Positions 23,501 through 38,500 of a stretch of DNA of 64,000 nucleotides are shown here, one piece after another (the stretch's first letter is position 1; every line of letters starts with the position of its first letter). The translations under genes were made by a program, and so were the position numbers. The notes beneath the pieces were generated by a model. It ran no database searches and was not told the origin of the DNA. It saw nothing but the letters and a program-made list of their open reading frames with translations. Origin of the DNA: Ostrea edulis (Eukaryota); contig NC_079169.1 of assembly GCF_947568905.1 (NCBI RefSeq), positions 7,130,001 through 7,194,000 on the forward strand, given 5' to 3'.

Positions 23501-26500
23501 CCCTCTGTCGAAGATTCCGTATTTGTAGATGTTGATGTACCTGCGGATGTAGACATACTGGCTTCAGTTGTGGTGCTTTCGGGTGAACTTTCAACTGCGC
23601 TTGTAGATTGTGCAGTTGTTGTGCTAGCATCAGTAGTAGTTGTCGTTGCGCCTGATTCTGTTGTGGAACTAGGCTGTGTACTGCTGGAAGCCATTTCTAG
23701 GGTTGTGCTACCGACTGTCGAAAACTCGGTTGTACCTACTTTTATAGAATAAAATGGGATCCTATTAGTTATTATTTGATAACAGCATGTATGACATCAC
23801 TTTCAATTAAAGGATATAAAATATCACTAAGATATTTTAAATCTTTTTGCATTTGTCACTAATACCACACACCCTTTTGATATGAAAGACATCACCTAAT
23901 ACAAGAGGAAAAGACAACTTGCCTTCAGTAGAAGTCGTTGTATCAACAATTGCTGATGCAGTTGTGGATCCAGAAGTAGATGTAGTGGGTTCAGATGTGA
24001 TTGATTCTGATGTAGTCTCTGCTGTGCTTGAAGTATCTGCAGCTGAGGTGCTAGTGTCAGTACTGGTTGTTGTGCCTGCCTGTGTTGCTGTGCTAGCCTG
24101 TGAACTGATGGACGTGGGTTCAGCAGTTGAGATGCTGACTGTCGACGATTCCGTAGTTTCTACTGTTGTGCTAGCCATCTCTGCAGTTGTTGATGTTGGC
24201 GTGTGTGCGGATGTAGATATACCGGTTTCAGTTGTAATGGTTTCAGTTGTAGACTCAACCGTGCTTGTAGATTCAGGCGATGTTGTGCTACCATCAGTTA
24301 GGGTTGTTGTTGTGCCCGATTCTGTTGTGGAGATAAACTGTGTACTTGTGGAATCCATTTCTGCAGTTGTGCCGCCCACTGTTGAGGACTCCGTGGTTTC
24401 AACTGTTGTGCTAGTTGTGTCTTGAATTGTAGATGTTGGTGCTGCTGCGGTTGTAGATGTGCTAGCTTCAGGTGTGGTGCCTTCAGTCGTAGTCTCAAGT
24501 GCGCTTGTAGATTCAGCAGCGGTTGTGCTAGCATCAGTTGTGGATGCTGTTGCACCTGTTTCTGTTGTGGAGATAGACTGTGTACTCGTGGAAGTGATTT
24601 CTGCAGCAGTTGTGCTACTCACTGTCGACGACCCCATGGTTTCTACTGTTGTGCTAGTTGTTTCTGGAATTGTAGATGTTGGTGTCGCTGCGGATGTAGA
24701 TGTACTGGCTTCACCTGTGACGGCTTCAGTCGTAGTCTCTACTGGGTTTGTGGATTGTGCATTTGTTGTGGCAGCATCAGTAGAAGAAGTTGTTGTTGCG
24801 CTTGATTCTGTTGTAAAGCTTGCCTGTGTACTGGTAGAAGTCATTTCTACTGTTGTGGTGCCCTCTGTCGAAGATTCCGTATTTGTAGATGTTGATGTAC
24901 CTGCGGATGTAGACATACTGGCTTCAGTTGTGGTGCTTTCGGGTGAACTTTCAACTGCGCTTGTAGATTGTGCAGTTGTTGTGCTAGCATCAGTAGTAGT
25001 TGTCGTTGCGCCTGATTCTGTTGTGGAACTAGACTGTGTACTGCTGGAAGCCATTTCTAGGGTTGTGCTACCGACTGTCGAAAACTCGGTTGTACCTACT
25101 TTTATAGAATAAAATGGGATCCTATTAGTTATTATTTGATAACAGCATGTATGACATAACGTTCAATTAAAGGATACAAAATATCACTAAGATATTTTAA
25201 ATCTTTTTGCATTTGTCACTAATACCACACACCCTTTTGATATGAAAGACATCACCTAATACAAGGGGAAAAGACAACTTGCCTTCAGTAGAAGTCGTTG
25301 TATCAACAATTGCTGATGCAGTTGTGGATCCAGAAGTAGATGTAGTGGGTTCAGATGTGATTGATTCTGATGTAGTCTCTGCTGTGCTTGAAGTATCTGC
25401 AGCTGAGGTGCTAGCGTCAGTACTGGTTGTTGTTGTGCCTGCCTGTGTTGCTGTGCTAGCCTGTGAACTGATGGACGTGGGTTCAGCAGTTGTGATGCTG
25501 ACTGTTGACGATTCCGTAGTTTCTACTGTTGTGCTAGCCATCTCTGCAGTTGTTGATGTTGGCGTGTGTGCAGATGTAGATATACCGGTTCCAGTTGTAA
25601 TGGTTTCAGTTGTAGACTCAACCGTGCTTGCAGATTCAGGCGATGTTGTGCTACCATCAGTTAGGGTTGTTGTTGTGCCCGATTCTGTTGTGGAGATAAA
25701 CTGTGTACTTGTGGAAGCCATTTCTGCAGTTGTACCGCCCACTGTTGAGGACTCCGTAGTTTCAACTGTTGTGCTAGTTGTGTCTTGAATTGTAGATGTT
25801 GGTGCTGCTGCGGTTGTAGATGTGCTAGCTTCAGGTGTGGTGCCTTCAGTCGTAGTCTCAAGTGCGCTTGTAGATTCAGCAGCGGTTGTGCTAGCATCAG
25901 TTGTGGATGCTGTTGCACCTGTTTCTGTTGTGGAGATAGACTGTGTACTCGTGGAAGTGATTTCTGCAGCAGTTGTGCTACTCACTGTCGACGACCCCAT
26001 GGTTTCTACTGTTGTGCTAGTTGTTTCTGGAATTGTAGATGTTGGTGTCGCTGCGGATGTAGATGTACTGGCTTCACCTGTGACGGCTTCAGTCATAGTC
26101 TCTACTGGGTTTGTGGATTGTGCATTTGTTGTGGCAGCATCAGTAGAAGAAGTTGTTGTTGCGCTTGATTCTGTTGTAAAGCTTGCCTGTGTACTGGTAG
26201 AAGTCATTTCTACTGTTGTGGTGCCCTCTGTCGAAGATTCCGTATTTGTAGATGTTGATGTACCTGCGGATGTAGACATACTGGCTTCAGTTGTGGTGCT
26301 TTCAGTTGAACTTTCAACTGCGCTTGTAGATTGTGCAGTTGTTGTGCTAGCATCAGTAGTAGTTGTCGTTGCGCCTGATTCTGTTGTGGAACTAGACTGT
26401 GTACTGCTGGAAGCCATTTCTAGGGTTGTGCTACCGACTGTCGAAAACTCGGTTGTACCTACTTTTATAGAATAAAATGGGATCCTATTAGTTATTATTT

Positions 26501-29500
26501 GATAACAGCATGTATGACATAACGTTCAATTAAAGGATACAAAATATCACTAAGATATTTTAAATCTTTTTGCATTTGTCACTAATACCACACAGCCTTT
26601 TGATATGAAAGACATCACCTAATACAAGAGGAAAAGACAACTTGCCTTCAGTAGAAGTCGTTGTATCAACAATTGCTGATGCAGTTGTGGATCCAGAAGT
26701 AGATGTAGTGGGTTCAGATGTGATTGATTCTGATGTAGTCTCTGCTGTGCTTGAAGTATCTGCAGCTGAGGTGCTAGTGTCAGTACTGGTTGTTGTGCCT
26801 GCCTGTGTTGCTGTGCTAGCCTGTGAACTGATGGACGTGGGTTCAGCAGTTGAGATGCTGACTGTCGACGATTCCGTAGTTTCTACTGTTGTGCTAGCCA
26901 TCTCTGCAGTTGTTGATGTTGGCGTGTGTGCGGATGTAGATATACCGGTTTCAGTTGTAATGGTTTCAGTTGTAGACTCAACCGTGCTTGTAGATTCAGG
27001 CGATGTTGTGCTACCATCAGTTAGGGTTGTTGTTGTGCCCGATTCTGTTGTGGAGATAAACTGTGTACTTGTGGAATCCATTTCTGCAGTTGTGCCGCCC
27101 ACTGTTGAGGACTCCGTGGTTTCAACTGTTGTGCTAGTTGTGTCTTGAATTGTAGATGTTGGTGCTGCTGCGGTTGTAGATGTGCTAGCTTCAGGTGTGG
27201 TGCCTTCAGTCGTAGTCTCAAGTGCGCTTGTAGATTCAGCAGCGGTTGTGCTAGCATCAGTTGTGGATGCTGTTGCACCTGTTTCTGTTGTGGAGATAGA
27301 CTGTGTACTCGTGGAAGTGATTTCTGCAGCAGTTGTGCTACTCACTGTCGACGACCCCATGGTTTCTACTGTTGTGCTAGTTGTTTCTGGAATTGTAGAT
27401 GTTGGTGTCGCTGCGGATGTAGATGTACTGGCTTCACCTGTGACGGCTTCAGTCGTAGTCTCTACTGGGTTTGTGGATTGTGCATTTGTTGTGGCAGCAT
27501 CAGTAGAAGAAGTTGTTGTTGCGCTTGATTCTGTTGTAAAGCTTGCCTGTGTACTGGTAGAAGTCATTTCTACTGTTGTGGTGCCCTCTGTCGAAGATTC
27601 CGTATTTGTAGATGTTGATGTACCTGCGGATGTAGACATACTGGCTTCAGTTGTGGTGCTTTCGGGTGAACTTTCAACTGCGCTTGTAGATTGTGCAGTT
27701 GTTGTGCTAGCATCAGTAGTAGTTGTCGTTGCGCCTGATTCTGTTGTGGAACTAGGCTGTGTACTGCTGGAAGCCATTTCTAGGGTTGTGCTACCGACTG
27801 TCGAAAACTCGGTTGTACCTACTTTTATAGAATAAAATGGGATCCTATTAGTTATTATTTGATAACAGCATGTATGACATCACTTTCAATTAAAGGATAT
27901 AAAATATCACTAAGATATTTTAAATCTTTTTGCATTTGTCACTAATACCACACACCCTTTTGATATGAAAGACATCACCTAATACAAGAGGAAAAGACAA
28001 CTTGCCTTCAGTAGAAGTCGTTGTATCAACAATTGCTGATGCAGTTGTGGATCCAGAAGTAGATGTAGTGGGTTCAGATGTGATTGATTCTGATGTAGTC
28101 TCTGCTGTGCTTGAAGTATCTGCAGCTGAGGTGCTAGTGTCAGTACTGGTTGTTGTGCCTGCCTGTGTTGCTGTGCTAGCCTGTGAACTGATGGACGTGG
28201 GTTCAGCAGTTGAGATGCTGACTGTCGACGATTCCGTAGTTTCTACTGTTGTGCTAGCCATCTCTGCAGTTGTTGATGTTGGCGTGTGTGCGGATGTAGA
28301 TATACCGGTTTCAGTTGTAATGGTTTCAGTTGTAGACTCAACCGTGCTTGTAGATTCAGGCGATGTTGTGCTACCATCAGTTAGGGTTGTTGTTGTGCCC
28401 GATTCTGTTGTGGAGATAAACTGTGTACTTGTGGAATCCATTTCTGCAGTTGTGCCGCCCACTGTTGAGGACTCCGTGGTTTCAACTGTTGTGCTAGTTG
28501 TGTCTTGAATTGTAGATGTTGGTGCTGCTGCGGTTGTAGATGTGCTAGCTTCAGGTGTGGTGCCTTCAGTCGTAGTCTCAAGTGCGCTTGTAGATTCAGC
28601 AGCGGTTGTGCTAGCATCAGTTGTGGATGCTGTTGCACCTGTTTCTGTTGTGGAGATAGACTGTGTACTCGTGGAAGTGATTTCTGCAGCAGTTGTGCTA
28701 CTCACTGTCGACGACCCCATGGTTTCTACTGTTGTGCTAGTTGTTTCTGGAATTGTAGATGTTGGTGTCGCTGCGGATGTAGATGTACTGGCTTCACCTG
28801 TGACGGCTTCAGTCGTAGTCTCTACTGGGTTTGTGGATTGTGCATTTGTTGTGGCAGCATCAGTAGAAGAAGTTGTTGTTGCGCTTGATTCTGTTGTAAA
28901 GCTTGCCTGTGTACTGGTAGAAGTCATTTCTACTGTTGTGGTGCCCTCTGTCGAAGATTCCGTATTTGTAGATGTTGATGTACCTGCGGATGTAGACATA
29001 CTGGCTTCAGTTGTGGTGCTTTCGGGTGAACTTTCAACTGCGCTTGTAGATTGTGCAGTTGTTGTGCTAGCATCAGTAGTAGTTGTCGTTGCGCCTGATT
29101 CTGTTGTGGAACTAGACTGTGTACTGCTGGAAGCCATTTCTAGGGTTGTGCTACCGACTGTCGAAAACTCGGTTGTACCTACTTTTATAGAATAAAATGG
29201 GATCCTATTAGTTATTATTTGATAACAGCATGTATGACATAACGTTCAATTAAAGGATACAAAATATCACTAAGATATTTTAAATCTTTTTGCATTTGTC
29301 ACTAATACCACACACCCTTTTGATATGAAAGACATCACCTAATACAAGGGGAAAAGACAACTTGCCTTCAGTAGAAGTCGTTGTATCAACAATTGCTGAT
29401 GCAGTTGTGGATCCAGAAGTAGATGTAGTGGGTTCAGATGTGATTGATTCTGATGTAGTCTCTGCTGTGCTTGAAGTATCTGCAGCTGAGGTGCTAGCGT

Positions 29501-32500
29501 CAGTACTGGTTGTTGTTGTGCCTGCCTGTGTTGCTGTGCTAGCCTGTGAACTGATGGACGTGGGTTCAGCAGTTGTGATGCTGACTGTTGACGATTCCGT
29601 AGTTTCTACTGTTGTGCTAGCCATCTCTGCAGTTGTTGATGTTGGCGTGTGTGCAGATGTAGATATACCGGTTCCAGTTGTAATGGTTTCAGTTGTAGAC
29701 TCAACCGTGCTTGCAGATTCAGGCGATGTTGTGCTACCATCAGTTAGGGTTGTTGTTGTGCCCGATTCTGTTGTGGAGATAAACTGTGTACTTGTGGAAG
29801 CCATTTCTGCAGTTGTACCGCCCACTGTTGAGGACTCCGTAGTTTCAACTGTTGTGCTAGTTGTGTCTTGAATTGTAGATGTTGGTGCTGCTGCGGTTGT
29901 AGATGTGCTAGCTTCAGGTGTGGTGCCTTCAGTCGTAGTCTCAAGTGCGCTTGTAGATTCAGCAGCGGTTGTGCTAGCATCAGTTGTGGATGCTGTTGCA
30001 CCTGTTTCTGTTGTGGAGATAGACTGTGTACTCGTGGAAGTGATTTCTGCAGCAGTTGTGCTACTCACTGTCGACGACCCCATGGTTTCTACTGTTGTGC
30101 TAGTTGTTTCTGGAATTGTAGATGTTGGTGTCGCTGCGGATGTAGATGTACTGGCTTCACCTGTGACGGCTTCAGTCATAGTCTCTACTGGGTTTGTGGA
30201 TTGTGCATTTGTTGTGGCAGCATCAGTAGAAGAAGTTGTTGTTGCGCTTGATTCTGTTGTAAAGCTTGCCTGTGTACTGGTAGAAGTCATTTCTACTGTT
30301 GTGGTGCCCTCTGTCGAAGATTCCGTATTTGTAGATGTTGATGTACCTGCGGATGTAGACATACTGGCTTCAGTTGTGGTGCTTTCAGTTGAACTTTCAA
30401 CTGCGCTTGTAGATTGTGCAGTTGTTGTGCTAGCATCAGTAGTAGTTGTCGTTGCGCCTGATTCTGTTGTGGAACTAGACTGTGTACTGCTGGAAGCCAT
30501 TTCTAGGGTTGTGCTACCGACTGTCGAAAACTCGGTTGTACCTACTTTTATAGAATAAAATGGGATCCTATTAGTTATTATTTGATAACAGCATGTATGA
30601 CATAACGTTCAATTAAAGGATACAAAATATCACTAAGATATTTTAAATCTTTTTGCATTTGTCACTAATACCACACACCCTTTTGATATGAAAGACATCA
30701 CCTAATACAAGAGGAAAAGACAACTTGCCTTCAGTAGAAGTCGTTGTATCAACAATTGCTGATGCAGTTGTGGATCCAGAAGTAGATGTAGTGGGTTCAG
30801 ATGTGATTGATTCTGATGTAGTCTCTGCTGTGCTTGAAGTATCTGCAGCTGAGGTGCTAGTGTCAGTACTGGTTGTTGTGCCTGCCTGTGTTGCTGTGCT
30901 AGCCTGTGAACTGATGGACGTGGGTTCAGCAGTTGAGATGCTGACTGTCGACGATTCCGTAGTTTCTACTGTTGTGCTAGCCATCTCTGCAGTTGTTGAT
31001 GTTGGCGTGTGTGCGGATGTAGATATACCGGTTTCAGTTGTAATGGTTTCAGTTGTAGACTCAACCGTGCTTGTAGATTCAGGCGATGTTGTGCTACCAT
31101 CAGTTAGGGTTGTTGTTGTGCCCGATTCTGTTGTGGAGATAAACTGTGTACTTGTGGAATCCATTTCTGCAGTTGTGCCGCCCACTGTTGAGGACTCCGT
31201 GGTTTCAACTGTTGTGCTAGTTGTGTCTTGAATTGTAGATGTTGGTGCTGCTGCGGTTGTAGATGTGCTAGCTTCAGGTGTGGTGCCTTCAGTCGTAGTC
31301 TCAAGTGCGCTTGTAGATTCAGCAGCGGTTGTGCTAGCATCAGTTGTGGATGCTGTTGCACCTGTTTCTGTTGTGGAGATAGACTGTGTACTCGTGGAAG
31401 TGATTTCTGCAGCAGTTGTGCTACTCACTGTCGACGACCCCATGGTTTCTACTGTTGTGCTAGTTGTTTCTGGAATTGTAGATGTTGGTGTCGCTGCGGA
31501 TGTAGATGTACTGGCTTCACCTGTGACGGCTTCAGTCGTAGTCTCTACTGGGTTTGTGGATTGTGCATTTGTTGTGGCAGCATCAGTAGAAGAAGTTGTT
31601 GTTGCGCTTGATTCTGTTGTAAAGCTTGCCTGTGTACTGGTAGAAGTCATTTCTACTGTTGTGGTGCCCTCTGTCGAAGATTCCGTATTTGTAGATGTTG
31701 ATGTACCTGCGGATGTAGACATACTGGCTTCAGTTGTGGTGCTTTCGGGTGAACTTTCAACTGCGCTTGTAGATTGTGCAGTTGTTGTGCTAGCATCAGT
31801 AGTAGTTGTCGTTGCGCCTGATTCTGTTGTGGAACTAGGCTGTGTACTGCTGGAAGCCATTTCTAGGGTTGTGCTACCGACTGTCGAAAACTCGGTTGTA
31901 CCTACTTTTATAGAATAAAATGGGATCCTATTAGTTATTATTTGATAACAGCATGTATGACATCACTTTCAATTAAAGGATATAAAATATCACTAAGATA
32001 TTTTAAATCTTTTTGCATTTGTCACTAATACCACACACCCTTTTGATATGAAAGACATCACCTAATACAAGAGGAAAAGACAACTTGCCTTCAGTAGAAG
32101 TCGTTGTATCAACAATTGCTGATGCAGTTGTGGATCCAGAAGTAGATGTAGTGGGTTCAGATGTGATTGATTCTGATGTAGTCTCTGCTGTGCTTGAAGT
32201 ATCTGCAGCTGAGGTGCTAGTGTCAGTACTGGTTGTTGTGCCTGCCTGTGTTGCTGTGCTAGCCTGTGAACTGATGGACGTGGGTTCAGCAGTTGAGATG
32301 CTGACTGTCGACGATTCCGTAGTTTCTACTGTTGTGCTAGCCATCTCTGCAGTTGTTGATGTTGGCGTGTGTGCGGATGTAGATATACCGGTTTCAGTTG
32401 TAATGGTTTCAGTTGTAGACTCAACCGTGCTTGTAGATTCAGGCGATGTTGTGCTACCATCAGTTAGGGTTGTTGTTGTGCCCGATTCTGTTGTGGAGAT

Positions 32501-35500
32501 AAACTGTGTACTTGTGGAATCCATTTCTGCAGTTGTGCCGCCCACTGTTGAGGACTCCGTGGTTTCAACTGTTGTGCTAGTTGTGTCTTGAATTGTAGAT
32601 GTTGGTGCTGCTGCGGTTGTAGATGTGCTAGCTTCAGGTGTGGTGCCTTCAGTCGTAGTCTCAAGTGCGCTTGTAGATTCAGCAGCGGTTGTGCTAGCAT
32701 CAGTTGTGGATGCTGTTGCACCTGTTTCTGTTGTGGAGATAGACTGTGTACTCGTGGAAGTGATTTCTGCAGCAGTTGTGCTACTCACTGTCGACGACCC
32801 CATGGTTTCTACTGTTGTGCTAGTTGTTTCTGGAATTGTAGATGTTGGTGTCGCTGCGGATGTAGATGTACTGGCTTCACCTGTGACGGCTTCAGTCGTA
32901 GTCTCTACTGGGTTTGTGGATTGTGCATTTGTTGTGGCAGCATCAGTAGAAGAAGTTGTTGTTGCGCTTGATTCTGTTGTAAAGCTTGCCTGTGTACTGG
33001 TAGAAGTCATTTCTACTGTTGTGGTGCCCTCTGTCGAAGATTCCGTATTTGTAGATGTTGATGTACCTGCGGATGTAGACATACTGGCTTCAGTTGTGGT
33101 GCTTTCAGTTGAACTTTCAACTGCGCTTGTAGATTGTGCAGTTGTTGTGCTAGCATCAGTAGTAGTTGTCGTTGCGCCTGATTCTGTTGTGGAACTAGAC
33201 TGTGTACTGCTGGAAGCCATTTCTAGGGTTGTGCTACCGACTGTCGAAAACTCGGTTGTACCTACTTTTATAGAATAAAATGGGATCCTATTAGTTATTA
33301 TTTGATAACAGCATGTATGACATAACGTTCAATTAAAGGATACAAAATATCACTAAGATATTTTAAATCTTTTTGCATTTGTCACTAATACCACACAGCC
33401 TTTTGATATGAAAGACATCACCTAATACAAGAGGAAAAGACAACTTGCCTTCAGTAGAAGTCGTTGTATCAACAATTGCTGATGCAGTTGTGGATCCAGA
33501 AGTAGATGTAGTGGGTTCAGATGTGATTGATTCTGATGTAGTCTCTGCTGTGCTTGAAGTATCTGCAGCTGAGGTGCTAGCGTCAGTACTGGTTGTTGTT
33601 GTGCCTGCCTGTGTTGCTGTGCTAGCCTGTGAACTGATGGACGTGGGTTCAGCAGTTGTGATGCTGAATGTTGACGATTCCGTAGTTTCTACTGTTGTGC
33701 TAGCCATCTCTGCAGTTGTTGATGTTGGCGTGTGTGCAGATGTAGATATACCGGTTTCAGTTGTAATGGTTTCAGTTGTAGACTCAACCGTGCTTGCAGA
33801 TTCAGGAGATGTTGTGCTACCATCAGTTAGGGTTGTTGTTGTGCCCGATTCTGTTGTGGAGATAAACTGTGTACTTGTGGAAGCCATTTCTGCAGTTGTA
33901 CCGCCCACTGTTGAGGACTCCGTGGTTTCAACTGTTGTGCTAGTTGTGTCTTGAATTGTAGATGTTGGTGCTGCTGCGGTTGTAGATGTGCTAGCTTCAG
34001 GTGTGGTGCCTTCAGTCGTAGTCTCAAGTGCGCTTGTAGATTCAGCAGCGGTTGTGCTAGCATCAGTTGTGGATGCTGTTGCACCTGTTTCTGTTGTGGA
34101 GATAGACTGTGTACTCGTGGAAGTGATTTCTGCAGCAGTTGTGCTACTCACTGTCGACGACCCCATGGTTTCTACTGTTGTGCTAGTTGTTTCTGGAATT
34201 GTAGATGTTGGTGTCGCTGCGGATGTAGATGTACTGGCTTCACCTGTGACGGCTTCAGTCGTAGTCTCTACTGGGTTTGTGGATTGTGCATTTGTTGTGG
34301 CAGCATCAGTAGAAGAAGTTGTTGTTGCGCTTGATTCTGTTGTAAAGCTTGCCTGTGTACTGGTAGAAGTCATTTCTACTGTTGTGGTGCCCTCTGTCGA
34401 AGATTCCGTATTTGTAGATGTTGATGTACCTGCGGATGTAGACATACTGGCTTCAGTTGTGGTGCTTTCAGTTGAACTTTCAACTGCGCTTGTAGATTGT
34501 GCAGTTGTTGTGCTAGCATCAGTAGTAGTTGTCGTTGCGCCTGATTCTGTTGTGGAACTAGACTGTGTACTGCTGGAAGCCATTTCTAGGGTTGTGCTAC
34601 CGACTGTCGAAAACTCGGTTGTACCTACTTTTATAGAATAAAATGGGATCCTATTAGTTATTATTTGATAACAGCATGTATGACATAACTTTCAATTAAA
34701 GGATACAAAATATCACTAAGATATTTTAAATCTTTTTGCATTTGTCACTAATACCACACAGCCTTTTGATATGAAAGACATCACCTAATACAAGAGGAAA
34801 AGACAACTTGCCTTCAGTAGAAGTCGTTGTATCAACAATTGCTGATGCAGTTGTGGATCCAGAAGTAGATGTAGTGGGTTCAGATGTGATTGATTCTGAT
34901 GTAGTCTCTGCTGTGCTTGAAGTATCTGCAGCTGAGGTGCTAGTGTCAGTACTGGTTGTTGTGCCTGCCTGTGTTGCTGTGCTAGCCTGTGAACTGATGG
35001 ACGTGGGTTCAGCAGTTGAGATGCTGACTGTCGACGATTCCGTAGTTTCTACTGTTGTGCTAGCCATCTCTGCAGTTGTTGATGTTGGCGTGTGTGCGGA
35101 TGTAGATATACCGGTTTCAGTTGTAATGGTTTCAGTTGTAGACTCAACCGTGCTTGTAGATTCAGGCGATGTTGTGCTACCATCAGTTAGGGTTGTTGTT
35201 GTGCCCGATTCTGTTGTGGAGATAAACTGTGTACTTGTGGAATCCATTTCTGCAGTTGTGCCGCCCACTGTTGAGGACTCCGTGGTTTCAACTGTTGTGC
35301 TAGTTGTGTCTTGAATTGTAGATGTTGGTGCTGCTGCGGTTGTAGATGTGCTAGCTTCAGGTGTGGTGCCTTCAGTCGTAGTCTCAAGTGCGCTTGTAGA
35401 TTCAGCAGCGGTTGTGCTAGCATCAGTTGTGGATGCTGTTGCACCTGTTTCTGTTGTGGAGATAGACTGTGTACTCGTGGAAGTGATTTCTGCAGCAGTT

Positions 35501-38500
35501 GTGCTACTCACTGTCGACGACCCCATGGTTTCTACTGTTGTGCTAGTTGTTTCTGGAATTGTAGATGTTGGTGTCGCTGCGGATGTAGATGTACTGGCTT
35601 CACCTGTGACGGCTTCAGTCGTAGTCTCTACTGGGTTTGTGGATTGTGCATTTGTTGTGGCAGCATCAGTAGAAGAAGTTGTTGTTGCGCTTGATTCTGT
35701 TGTAAAGCTTGCCTGTGTACTGGTAGAAGTCATTTCTACTGTTGTGGTGCCCTCTGTCGAAGATTCCGTATTTGTAGATGTTGATGTACCTGCGGATGTA
35801 GACATACTGGCTTCAGTTGTGGTGCTTTCAGTTGAACTTTCAACTGCGCTTGTAGATTGTGCAGTTGTTGTGCTAGCATCAGTAGTAGTTGTCGTTGCGC
35901 CTGATTCTGTTGTGGAACTAGACTGTGTACTGCTGGAAGCCATTTCTAGGGTTGTGCTACCGACTGTCGAAAACTCGGTTGTACCTACTTTTATAGAATA
36001 AAATGGGATCCTATTAGTTATTATTTGATAACAGCATGTATGACATAACGTTCAATTAAAGGATACAAAATATCACTAAGATATTTTAAATCTTTTTGCA
36101 TTTGTCACTAATACCACACAGCCTTTTGATATGAAAGACATCACCTAATACAAGAGGAAAAGACAACTTGCCTTCAGTAGAAGTCGTTGTATCAACAATT
36201 GCTGATGCAGTTGTGGATCCAGAAGTAGATGTAGTGGGTTCAGATGTGATTGATTCTGATGTAGTCTCTGCTGTGCTTGAAGTATCTGCAGCTGAGGTGC
36301 TAGCGTCAGTACTGGTTGTTGTTGTGCCTGCCTGTGTTGCTGTGCTAGCCTGTGAACTGATGGACGTGGGTTCAGCAGTTGTGATGCTGAATGTTGACGA
36401 TTCCGTAGTTTCTACTGTTGTGCTAGCCATCTCTGCAGTTGTTGATGTTGGCGTGTGTGCAGATGTAGATATACCGGTTTCAGTTGTAATGGTTTCAGTT
36501 GTAGACTCAACCGTGCTTGCAGATTCAGGAGATGTTGTGCTACCATCAGTTAGGGTTGTTGTTGTGCCCGATTCTGTTGTGGAGATAAACTGTGTACTTG
36601 TGGAAGCCATTTCTGCAGTTGTACCGCCCACTGTTGAGGACTCCGTGGTTTCAACTGTTGTGCTAGTTGTGTCTTGAATTGTAGATGTTGGTGCTGCTGC
36701 GGTTGTAGATGTGCTAGCTTCAGGTGTGGTGCCTTCAGTCGTAGTCTCAAGTGCGCTTGTAGATTCAGCAGCGGTTGTGCTAGCATCAGTTGTGGATGCT
36801 GTTGCACCTGTTTCTGTTGTGGAGATAGACTGTGTACTCGTGGAAGTGATTTCTGCAGCAGTTGTGCTACTCACTGTCGACGACCCCATGGTTTCTACTG
36901 TTGTGCTAGTTGTTTCTGGAATTGTAGATGTTGGTGTCGCTGCGGATGTAGATGTACTGGCTTCACCTGTGACGGCTTCAGTCGTAGTCTCTACTGGGTT
37001 TGTGGATTGTGCATTTGTTGTGGCAGCATCAGTAGAAGAAGTTGTTGTTGCGCTTGATTCTGTTGTAAAGCTTGCCTGTGTACTGGTAGAAGTCATTTCT
37101 ACTGTTGTGGTGCCCTCTGTCGAAGATTCCGTATTTGTAGATGTTGATGTACCTGCGGATGTAGACATACTGGCTTCAGTTGTGGTGCTTTCAGTTGAAC
37201 TTTCAACTGCGCTTGTAGATTGTGCAGTTGTTGTGCTAGCATCAGTAGTAGTTGTCGTTGCGCCTGATTCTGTTGTGGAACTAGACTGTGTACTGCTGGA
37301 AGCCATTTCTAGGGTTGTGCTACCGACTGTCGAAAACTCGGTTGTACCTACTTTTATAGAATAAAATGGGATCCTATTAGTTATTATTTGATAACAGCAT
37401 GTATGACATAACTTTCAATTAAAGGATACAAAATATCACTAAGATATTTTAAATCTTTTTGCATTTGTCACTAATACCACACAGCCTTTTGATATGAAAG
37501 ACATCACCTAATACAAGAGGAAAAGACAACTTGCCTTCAGTAGAAGTCGTTGTATCAACAATTGCTGATGCAGTTGTGGATCCAGAAGTAGATGTAGTGG
37601 GTTCAGATGTGATTGATTCTGATGTAGTCTCTGCTGTGCTTGAAGTATCTGCAGCTGAGGTGCTAGTGTCAGTACTGGTTGTTGTGCCTGCCTGTGTTGC
37701 TGTGCTAGCCTGTGAACTGATGGACGTGGGTTCAGCAGTTGAGATGCTGACTGTCGACGATTCCGTAGTTTCTACTGTTGTGCTAGCCATCTCTGCAGTT
37801 GTTGATGTTGGCGTGTGTGCGGATGTAGATATACCGGTTTCAGTTGTAATGGTTTCAGTTGTAGACTCAACCGTGCTTGTAGATTCAGGCGATGTTGTGC
37901 TACCATCAGTTAGGGTTGTTGTTGTGCCCGATTCTGTTGTGGAGATAAACTGTGTACTTGTGGAATCCATTTCTGCAGTTGTGCCGCCCACTGTTGAGGA
38001 CTCCGTGGTTTCAACTGTTGTGCTAGTTGTGTCTTGAATTGTAGATGTTGGTGCTGCTGCGGTTGTAGATGTGCTAGCTTCAGGTGTGGTGCCTTCAGTC
38101 GTAGTCTCAAGTGCGCTTGTAGATTCAGCAGCGGTTGTGCTAGCATCAGTTGTGGATGCTGTTGCACCTGTTTCTGTTGTGGAGATAGACTGTGTACTCG
38201 TGGAAGTGATTTCTGCAGCAGTTGTGCTACTCACTGTCGACGACCCCATGGTTTCTACTGTTGTGCTAGTTGTTTCTGGAATTGTAGATGTTGGTGTCGC
38301 TGCGGATGTAGATGTACTGGCTTCACCTGTGACGGCTTCAGTCGTAGTCTCTACTGGGTTTGTGGATTGTGCATTTGTTGTGGCAGCATCAGTAGAAGAA
38401 GTTGTTGTTGCGCTTGATTCTGTTGTAAAGCTTGCCTGTGTACTGGTAGAAGTCATTTCTACTGTTGTGGTGCCCTCTGTCGAAGATTCCGTATTTGTAG